From Pseudomonas aeruginosa (lineage in GTDB: Bacteria; Pseudomonadota; Gammaproteobacteria; Pseudomonadales; Pseudomonadaceae), in the NCBI RefSeq assembly GCF_001457615.1, contig NZ_LN831024.1, positions 4,890,001 through 4,922,000 on the forward strand: 32,000 nucleotides of DNA, in the 5' to 3' direction. The notes under the pieces were generated by a model. That model ran no database searches, was not told the DNA's origin, and saw nothing but the letters and a program-made list of their open reading frames with translations. Made by a program: the position numbers and the translations under genes. Of this stretch, positions 25,721-32,000 are shown piece after piece; position 1 is the stretch's first letter, and every line of letters begins with the position of its first letter.

Positions 25721-26496
25721 TGGCGCGGCTGCGCCTGCTGCTGCGCAGCGCACGCCTGCTCGGGCTGGTCGCGCTCGGGCTGGGCCTGGCCGCTTGGGTC
25801 AGCCTGCGCGAGCGGCTGCCCGGCGCCGACGTCACGCCGCTGCGCCAGCGCCTGACCCGCTGGTGGCTGGCGCGCCTCTGCGCGGCCCTGCCCTTCGAGG
25901 TCAGGGTCAGCGGCGAAGCGCCCCGGCAACCCATGCTGTGGGTAGCCAACCATGTGTCCTGGACCGATATCCCGCTGCTCGGCGCCCTGGCGCCGCTGAC
26001 CTTCCTGTCCAAGGCCGAGGTGCGTGCCTGGCCGCTGGCCGGCTGGCTGGCGGAAAAGGCCGGCACCCTGTTCATCCGCCGCGGCTCGGGCGACAGCCGG
26101 CTGATCAACCAGCGCTTGGCCGAACAGCTGCACCGCGGACGCAACCTGCTGATCTTCCCGGAAGGCACCACCACCAACGGCGAAAGCCTGCGCACCTTCC
26201 ACGGTCGCCTGATGGCCAGCGCCCTGGAAGCCGGCGTGGCGGTGCAGCCGGTGGCCATCAGCTACCGCCGCGACGGCGTGCCCGATGCGCTGGCGCCGTT
26301 CATCGGCGACGACGACCTGCTCAGCCACCTCGGCCGCCTGCTGCGCGGCGAGCGCGGCAGCGTGCATATCCAGCTGCTGGAACCGATCCCCAGCCAGGGC
26401 CTGGACCGCGCCGAACTGGCCCGCCAGGCCCAGCAGGCGGTGCGCCTGGCGCTGTTCGGCACTGCCGCCCCTACGCAAACCCGGCGCGCCGCCTAG
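25720..26496 (+). CDS. olsA: Lyso-ornithine lipid / 1-acylglycerol-3-phosphate O-acyltransferase OlsA
   Basis: PlsC motifs: LWVANHVSWTDIPLL (NHxxxxD), LLIFPEGTTTNGESL; start overlaps the olsB stop (TGATG). Confidence 0.92.
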   Translation: MARLRLLLRSARLLGLVALGLGLAAWVSLRERLPGADVTPLRQRLTRWWLARLCAALPFEVRVSGEAPRQPMLWVANHVSWTDIPLLGALAPLTFLSKAEVRAWPLAGWLAEKAGTLFIRRGSGDSRLINQRLAEQLHRGRNLLIFPEGTTTNGESLRTFHGRLMASALEAGVAVQPVAISYRRDGVPDALAPFIGDDDLLSHLGRLLRGERGSVHIQLLEPIPSQGLDRAELARQAQQAVRLALFGTAAPTQTRRAA

Positions 26497-27353
26497 TCGC
26501 GCTTGGGCGGCACCGCCAGCACGTCGCACGGCAGGTCGCCGAGGGCCGCCTCGGCCACGCTGCCGATCAGCGCGCGGCGGAAGCCGGTCAGGCCCTGGGT
26601 GCCGAGCACCGTCAACTGCGGCGCCTGGCGGCGTACCTCGGTCATGATCACGTTGATCGGCAAGCCTTCGCCGACGCGCAACTGGATGTCCTCGCGGCCC
26701 AGCCCCAGGCCGGCGACGTAGTCGCGCAGCTCGACGTTGGCCTTGAGTTCCTCCTGGTCGACGTAATGCTCGACGCGGTCTTCCTTGATCCCCGAATAAC
26801 GCATCATGCCTTTCGCGAACGGCTCGAAGGCATGCAGCGCGGTGAGGCTGGCGGCGTCGAGGAAGCCGAGCTGGCCGGCCATCTGCACCGCGCGCGTCGA
26901 GGTCGGCGAGAAGTCCAGCGCCAGCAGCACCCGGCGGTACTCCTCTTCCGGCGCACCGGCCGCGCGCAGCACCGGGATCTTCGCATTGCGTACCACCCGC
27001 TCCAGGGTGGTGCCGATGAACAGGTCGCGCAGCGGCGTGTGCCGGTGCGCGCCCATCACCAGCAGGTCGGCGCCGATCTCCTCGGCCACCGCGTTGATCA
27101 CCACCACCGGATCGCCGACCCGCACGATCGCCTTGGACTCGACGCCGAGGCGCTCCTTCAGGGCCTGTCCGTTCACTTCCAGCAGGTTGGCGATGGCCAG
27201 CCGTTGCGGCGCGATCAGCACCGGCGGCTGGTCGTCGTCGAGCACGTTCAGCACGGTCAGTTCGGCATTCCTCGCCTTGGCCAGCGCCGCGGCGCGCATG
27301 ACCGCCAGCTCGGAACGCGAGGACAGGTCGGTCGCCACCAGGATTCGTTTCAT
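26493..27353 (-). CDS. Tandem-domain universal stress protein (UspA family)
   Basis: MKRILVATDLSSRSELAVMRAAALAKARNAELTVLNVLDD...ADLLVMGAHRHTPLRDLFIGTTLERVVRNAKIPVL...TVLGTQGLTGFRRALIGSVAEAALGDLPCDVLAVPP. Confidence 0.95.
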   Translation of the reverse strand: MKRILVATDLSSRSELAVMRAAALAKARNAELTVLNVLDDDQPPVLIAPQRLAIANLLEVNGQALKERLGVESKAIVRVGDPVVVINAVAEEIGADLLVMGAHRHTPLRDLFIGTTLERVVRNAKIPVLRAAGAPEEEYRRVLLALDFSPTSTRAVQMAGQLGFLDAASLTALHAFEPFAKGMMRYSGIKEDRVEHYVDQEELKANVELRDYVAGLGLGREDIQLRVGEGLPINVIMTEVRRQAPQLTVLGTQGLTGFRRALIGSVAEAALGDLPCDVLAVPPKRD

Positions 27354-27419
27354 CTTCCACCTCCATTGGCAGAGCGTTGAACGTCGGCCCCATTGAACGA
27401 TCGACGCGACCGCTGCCGG

Positions 27420-27433
27420 TTGATGTGCATCAA
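27420..27433 (-). promoter_or_regulatory. ANR/FNR-type box upstream of the UspA gene
   Basis: Perfect TTGAT-GTGC-ATCAA palindrome, 66 nt upstream of the 27353 ATG. Confidence 0.85.
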
Positions 27434-27502
27434 GCGGATGCTTCGGACTGAAACAATTGATAGGTGATTCCGCCGGCCGGGCCAATGGCCGCTGCGCCAG
27501 GC

Positions 27503-28075
27503 TCAGCGCTGGCTCAGGGCGAAAGCCTGGAGTTGCGGGTAGAAGGCGCGGAAATCCGCGCTCAGGTCATCGTAGCGCTGGGCCAGTTCTTCCCAGGAGC
27601 CGTCCAGCAGGTGCGGTCGCGACAGCCTCCGCGACATACCGCCCAGCACTTCGCGCAAGACCGCGAACTCGCGGTAGCTGCCCAACCAGTCCTGGGCCGC
27701 CATCCGCGGCGCGATGCGCGCCAGGCGCTCCGGCAGCGGCGAGGCGGTGCGCAGGGTGCCGTAGACCCGCTCGACGAACTGCGGCAGCGGTTCGTCGGCG
27801 TAGTCGTTCCAGTCGCGCGCCAGGCAGTGGTCGAAGAACACGTCCAGCAGGACGCCGGCGAAACGCCGGCGCTCCAGCGGGAAGCGCCGCTTGGCCGCAT
27901 GCACCAGTGGGTGGCTGTCGGTGAAGGCGTCGATGCGCCGGTGCAACTGGATGGCCCGCTCGATCTCGTCCGGCCATTGTCCCTGCAGGCGGCCCTTGAC
28001 GAAGTCGCCGTACAGGCTGCCGAGCAGTTGGGCCGGTTGCGGGCCGCCGAGGTGGAGATGCGCGAGGTAGTTCAT
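27503..28075 (-). CDS. acpH: Acyl carrier protein phosphodiesterase (ACP hydrolyase)
   Basis: MNYLAHLHLGGPQPAQLLGSLYGDFVKG...IQLHRRIDAFTDSHPLVHAAKRRF...GVLLDVFFDHCLARDW; HD-like metal-binding pattern of AcpH. Confidence 0.92.
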   Translation of the reverse strand: MNYLAHLHLGGPQPAQLLGSLYGDFVKGRLQGQWPDEIERAIQLHRRIDAFTDSHPLVHAAKRRFPLERRRFAGVLLDVFFDHCLARDWNDYADEPLPQFVERVYGTLRTASPLPERLARIAPRMAAQDWLGSYREFAVLREVLGGMSRRLSRPHLLDGSWEELAQRYDDLSADFRAFYPQLQAFALSQR

Positions 28076-28203
28076 GCGGGCTAGCTTACCCCAGGGACGG
28101 AACGGTCGTTTCGATCATCGTCATCAGCCCTGTCGATAGCGACTATCGTCGCAATCGATCCCCATATCGTCCCACACCGATATATAGTTCGTCCCAACCC
28201 GAT

Positions 28204-28530
28204 ATGGACGGCCAACGGACCACCGCCATGCCACTGGACATCGACGAAATCATCAAGGCTCTCTCCCACCCGGTGCGACGCGACATGCTGCGCTGGCTGA
28301 AGGAACCGGAGAAGTACTTCGTCGAGCAGGACCACCCGTTCGAGATCGGCGTCTGCGCCGGCAAGTTCGACCAGCGTACCGGTCTCTCCCAGTCCACCGT
28401 ATCGGTACACCTCGCCACCCTGCAACGCGCCGGTCTGGTGACCAGCCGCCGGGTCGGCCAGTGGAACTTCTTCAAGCGCAACGAGGAGACCATCCAGGCC
28501 TTCCTCGACCAACTCGGCGACGAGCTGTAA
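28204..28530 (+). CDS. pyeR: ArsR-family transcriptional repressor (PyeR)
   Basis: IIKALSHPVRRDMLRWLKEPEKYF...TGLSQSTVSVHLATLQRAGLVTSRRVGQWNFFKRNE (wHTH). Alternative start MPLDIDEI at 28228. Followed by an MFS gene and an OYE gene, as in pyeR-pyeM-xenB. Confidence 0.85.
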   Translation: MDGQRTTAMPLDIDEIIKALSHPVRRDMLRWLKEPEKYFVEQDHPFEIGVCAGKFDQRTGLSQSTVSVHLATLQRAGLVTSRRVGQWNFFKRNEETIQAFLDQLGDEL

Positions 28531-28578
28531 GCAGCACTCGCTTCCACCCCACCACCTCGCAGTCCAGGAGCTCGACCG

Positions 28579-29745
28579 ATGCCGGCGTCTCTTCTCGTCC
28601 TCGCTTTATCCGCCTTTGCCATCGGTACCACCGAATTCGTCATCATGGGCCTGCTGCCGCAGGTCGCCGGCGACCTGCGGGTATCCATTCCCAGCGCCGG
28701 CTGGCTGATCAGCGGCTACGCCTTCGCCGTGGCCTTCGGCGCCCCGCTGATGGCCATGGCCACCGCCCGCCTGGAACGCAAGAAAGCCCTGCTCGCGCTG
28801 ATGGGCATCTTCATCGTCGGCAACCTGCTCTGCGCGGTGGCCGCCAACTACGGCCTGCTGATGCTGGCGCGGATCGTCACCGCGCTCTGCCATGGCGCCT
28901 TCTTCGGCATCGGCTCGGTGGTCGCCGCCAGCCTGGTGGCGCCGAACCGCCGCGCTTCCGCCGTGGCCCTGATGTTCACCGGCCTGACCCTGGCCAACGT
29001 GCTCGGCGTGCCGCTGGGTACCGCGCTCGGCCAGGAAGCCGGCTGGCGCGCGACCTTCTGGGTGGTGACCCTGATCGGCGTGGTCGCCTTCGTCGGCCTG
29101 GCCAGGGTGCTGCCAAACGACCGCGAGGAAGAGAAGGTCGACCTGCGCCAGGAAATGTCCGCGCTGAAGAACCCGTCGCTGTGGCTGGCCCTGGGCACCA
29201 CCGTGCTGTTCGCCGCCTCGATGTTCGCCCTGTTCACCTACGTCGCGCCGCTGCTCGGCGAAGTCACCGGGGTCAGCCCGCGCGGCGTGACCTGGACCCT
29301 GCTGCTGATCGGCGTCGGCCTGACCGTCGGCAACGTGATCGGCGGCCGCCTCGCCGACTGGCGCCTGGGCACCACCATGGCCGCGGTGTTCGCCGCCATG
29401 GCGCTGGTCTCGGCGCTGTTCAGCTGGACCAGCCAGGCCCTGCTGCCGGCGGAGATCACCCTGTTCTTCTGGGCCGCCGCCGCCTTCGCCGCGGTGCCCG
29501 CGCTGCAGGTCAACGTGGTCCGCGTCGGGCATGCCGCGCCGAACCTGGTGGCGACCCTGAACATCGGCGCCTTCAACGTCGGCAACGCGCTCGGCGCCTG
29601 GGTCGGCGGCAGCGTCATCGACCACGGCCTGGGCCTGACCCGCGTGCCGCTGGCCGCCGCCGCGCTGGCCGCGCTGGCGCTGCTGGCCACCCTGATCGCC
29701 TTTTCCGGAAACGGCCGCGCCCAGGCGCAGCCGGTCCTCGATTGA
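28579..29745 (+). CDS. pyeM: MFS transporter (AraJ-like; PyeM)
   Basis: MPASLLVLALSAFAIGTTEFVIMGLLPQVAGDLRVSIPSAGWLISGYAFAVAFGAPLMAMATARLERK; 12 TM-like segments. Confidence 0.88.
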   Translation: MPASLLVLALSAFAIGTTEFVIMGLLPQVAGDLRVSIPSAGWLISGYAFAVAFGAPLMAMATARLERKKALLALMGIFIVGNLLCAVAANYGLLMLARIVTALCHGAFFGIGSVVAASLVAPNRRASAVALMFTGLTLANVLGVPLGTALGQEAGWRATFWVVTLIGVVAFVGLARVLPNDREEEKVDLRQEMSALKNPSLWLALGTTVLFAASMFALFTYVAPLLGEVTGVSPRGVTWTLLLIGVGLTVGNVIGGRLADWRLGTTMAAVFAAMALVSALFSWTSQALLPAEITLFFWAAAAFAAVPALQVNVVRVGHAAPNLVATLNIGAFNVGNALGAWVGGSVIDHGLGLTRVPLAAAALAALALLATLIAFSGNGRAQAQPVLD

Positions 29746-29781
29746 TCCCCTGTCCGTCTATTCCCTAGTGGAGGATGTTCC

Positions 29782-30834
29782 ATGGCTACTCTGTTCGATC
29801 CCATCGTGCTCGGCGACCTCGAGCTGCCCAACCGCATCGTCATGGCGCCGCTGACCCGCTGCCGCGCCGATGAAGGCCGCGTGCCCAACGCCCTGATGGC
29901 CGAGTACTACGCCCAGCGCGCCGATGCCGGCCTGATCCTCAGCGAGGCCACCGCGGTCACGCCGATGGGCGTGGGCTACCCCGACACCCCCGGCATCTGG
30001 TCCGATGACCAGGTCCGTGGCTGGAGCAACGTGACCAAGGCGGTGCACGCCGCCGGCGGGCGCATCTTCCTGCAACTCTGGCACGTCGGGCGGATTTCCG
30101 ATCCGCTCTACCTGAATGGCGAGCTGCCGGTGGCGCCGAGCGCCATCGCCGCCGAGGGGCACGTCAGCCTGGTGCGCCCGAAGCGTCCCTACGTCACCCC
30201 GCGCGCGCTGGACACCGAGGAGATCGCCGACATCGTCGAGGCCTACCGCCAGGGCGCCGAGCGGGCCAAGGCCGCCGGCTTCGACGGCGTGGAGATCCAC
30301 GGCGCCAACGGCTACCTGCTCGACCAGTTCCTCCAGGACAGCACCAACAAGCGCACCGACCGCTACGGCGGCTCCATCGAGAACCGCGCGCGCCTGCTGC
30401 TGGAGGTCACCGACGCGGCGATCTCCGTATGGGGCGCCCAGCGCGTCGGCGTACACCTGGCGCCGCGTGCCGACTCCCACGACATGGGCGATTCCAACCG
30501 CCTGGAAACCTTCAGCCATGTCGCCCGTGAGCTGGGCAAGCGCGGCATCGCCTTCATCTGCGCCCGCGAAGCGCAGGCCGACGACAGCATCGGCGTAGCC
30601 CTGAAGAAAGCCTTCGGCGGACCCTACATCGCCAACGAGCAGTTCACCCTCGACAGCGCCAACGCCATCCTGGCCAAGGGCGACGCCGATGCGGTGGCCT
30701 TCGGCGTCCCCTTCATCGCCAACCCGGACCTGGTCGAACGCCTGCGCCAGGGCGCCGAACTGAACCCGCCGCGCCCGGAAACCTTCTATACCGGCGGTAC
30801 CGAAGGCTACCTGGACTATCCGACCCTGGCCTGA
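29782..30834 (+). CDS. xenB: Old Yellow Enzyme family FMN oxidoreductase / xenobiotic reductase
   Basis: MATLFDPIVLGDLELPNRIVMAPLTRCRAD...MAEYYAQRADAGLILSEATAV; GVEIHGANGYLLDQFLQDSTNKRTDRYGGSIENRARLLLE. Confidence 0.93.
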   Translation: MATLFDPIVLGDLELPNRIVMAPLTRCRADEGRVPNALMAEYYAQRADAGLILSEATAVTPMGVGYPDTPGIWSDDQVRGWSNVTKAVHAAGGRIFLQLWHVGRISDPLYLNGELPVAPSAIAAEGHVSLVRPKRPYVTPRALDTEEIADIVEAYRQGAERAKAAGFDGVEIHGANGYLLDQFLQDSTNKRTDRYGGSIENRARLLLEVTDAAISVWGAQRVGVHLAPRADSHDMGDSNRLETFSHVARELGKRGIAFICAREAQADDSIGVALKKAFGGPYIANEQFTLDSANAILAKGDADAVAFGVPFIANPDLVERLRQGAELNPPRPETFYTGGTEGYLDYPTLA

Positions 30835-30850
30835 TCGCGCCAGCCAGGAA

Positions 30851-30879
30851 GAGCCCGCCACGCTTGTCGTGGCGGGCTC
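30851..30879. terminator. Strong stem-loop between convergent xenB and feoC
   Basis: GAGCCCGCCACG-cttgt-CGTGGCGGGCTC perfect 12-bp stem; likely bidirectional terminator, though without a strong T-tract. Confidence 0.75.
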
Positions 30880-30893
30880 TGTGCTTTGCCTGT

Positions 30894-31145
30894 CTAGCGC
30901 AGGCGGAAATACGGCTCCGGCTCCGCGCACGGATCGCGCTGGGCGCAGCCCTTGCAACCGCCGCCGCAACCGCCCGAGCTTTGCGCAGCCACCCGCTCGA
31001 CCTTGCCGAGCGCGATCAGCCGCTCCAGGATCGCCTCCACCAGCGCCGGCGGCGCGTCCACCTGGCGGCTGAGCTGTTTCAGCCCACGCGCCTGGCCGTC
31101 TTCCAGGGCGGCGCGGATCTGCATGAGTGTCGCCATCAGTGACAT
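30894..31145 (-). CDS. feoC: FeoC-like iron-transport regulatory/Fe-S protein
   Basis: MSLMATLMQIRAALEDGQARGLKQLSRQVDAPPALVEAILERLIALGKVERV...CGGGCKGCAQRDPC: wHTH plus Cys cluster; overlaps the feoB 3' end by 10 nt. Confidence 0.88.
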   Translation of the reverse strand: MSLMATLMQIRAALEDGQARGLKQLSRQVDAPPALVEAILERLIALGKVERVAAQSSGGCGGGCKGCAQRDPCAEPEPYFRLR

Positions 31146-32000
31146 CCTCCCTGCCCGCTCGGGGCATCGGCCATTCGGCCTGGCAGTTGCAGTACCTGCT
31201 CACGGCCGAACAGACGCAGGCAGGTCATCAGGATCAGGTTGAAGAGCAGCACCACGGCGATGGTCAGGACGCTACGCTCGGGGTGCGCGGCGAAGGTGGC
31301 GACCTGGTAGCAGAGGGTCGCCAGCGAGTAGGCGACGTTCAGCCCCCAGAGCACCGAGAAAGCCATCCAGCCCTTGCTGCTTTCCCGGGCGATCGCGCCC
31401 ATGGCGGTCACGCAGGGCACGTAGAGCAGGACGAAGACCAGATAGCTGTAGGCCGCGATGGGGCTGCCGAACTTGCTCGCCATGGTGCCCATCGAGCCGC
31501 TCTCCATGTCGCCGTCGGCCATGCTCGCCTCCACCGGGTTGGCCAGCACGCTGAGGCTGAAGGTATCGACCAGGCCGTCCCAGGTCTCGACCAGGGCGTC
31601 GCGCAGTTGCCCGGGCAGGTCGTAGCCTTCGTAGTCGAAGGCCTCGCCCTGGATCTGCTCGGCGGTGTAGAGGGTGTTCAGGGTGCCGACCACCACTTCC
31701 TTGGCCATCGCCCCGGTGACCAGGCCGACGGTGGCCTGCCAGTTGTCCGGCTGCACCCCGAGCGGCGCCAGCAGCGGAGTGAGACGCTGGCTGACGCTGG
31801 CCAGGGCGGAATGGCCGATGTCGCCCTGCACCGGCTTGCCGTCGAGGGTGATGCTGTTCAGGCCGCCGATCACCAGGCTGACCAGGATGATCACCTTGCC
31901 GGCCCGCACCACGAAGCCGCGCAGGCGCGACCAGGTCTGCAGCAGCAGGCTCTTAAGGTGTGGCACATGGTACAGCGGCAGTTCCATGACGAACGGCGAG
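31136..32000 (-). CDS. feoB: Ferrous iron transport protein B, C-terminal part (gene continues past the window edge)
   Basis: In-frame ...SPFVMELPLYHVPHLKSLLLQTWSRLRGFVVRAGKVIILVSLVIGGLNS...FVLLYVPCVTAMGAIARE; reading frame open through position 32000. Confidence 0.93.
   Translation of the reverse strand, partial: SPFVMELPLYHVPHLKSLLLQTWSRLRGFVVRAGKVIILVSLVIGGLNSITLDGKPVQGDIGHSALASVSQRLTPLLAPLGVQPDNWQATVGLVTGAMAKEVVVGTLNTLYTAEQIQGEAFDYEGYDLPGQLRDALVETWDGLVDTFSLSVLANPVEASMADGDMESGSMGTMASKFGSPIAAYSYLVFVLLYVPCVTAMGAIARESSKGWMAFSVLWGLNVAYSLATLCYQVATFAAHPERSVLTIAVVLLFNLILMTCLRLFGREQVLQLPGRMADAPSGQGGCH

Noticed and set aside
25690-27393. 567-aa minus-strand and 528-aa plus-strand ORFs across olsA and uspA
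   Set aside because: Both run through the convergent olsA/uspA pair out of frame with the real proteins; no domain signature.
1-32000. Hidden defence island, prophage, integron or CRISPR array
   Set aside because: Every large coding segment is explained by housekeeping, transport, regulatory or envelope families. There are no integrases, transposases, direct-repeat/spacer arrays, tRNA-adjacent att-like junctions or obvious AT-rich islands.

Overview
This 32 kb, GC-rich window looks like ordinary core chromosome of Pseudomonas aeruginosa (roughly the PA4326-PA4358 neighbourhood, recalled from product order, not from a search). It is densely packed with about 26 protein-coding genes. Recognisable genes include pykA, sadC, a class I fumarase, an NRAMP Mn/Fe transporter, olsB-olsA (ornithine lipid), acpH, pyeR-pyeM-xenB, and feoC plus the 3' end of feoB. 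There are also two UspA-family proteins, two YceI paralogs and an amidase/transporter/M20 hydrolase/IclR cluster. I found no tRNA, rRNA, CRISPR array, prophage or IS element, and I see no convincing new defence or mobile system. The observations most worth follow-up are regulatory or architectural: (1) a perfect ANR/FNR palindrome upstream of one UspA gene, with weaker matches upstream of the second UspA gene and an ODP-like metallo-beta-lactamase-fold gene; (2) 11-nt-phased PhoB-like half-sites upstream of olsBA; (3) an array of palindromic intergenic repeats with an exact 111-bp period after pykA; (4) an overlap between sadC and a ferredoxin-reductase gene, plus a doubtful sadC start; (5) an uncharacterised catabolic cluster.
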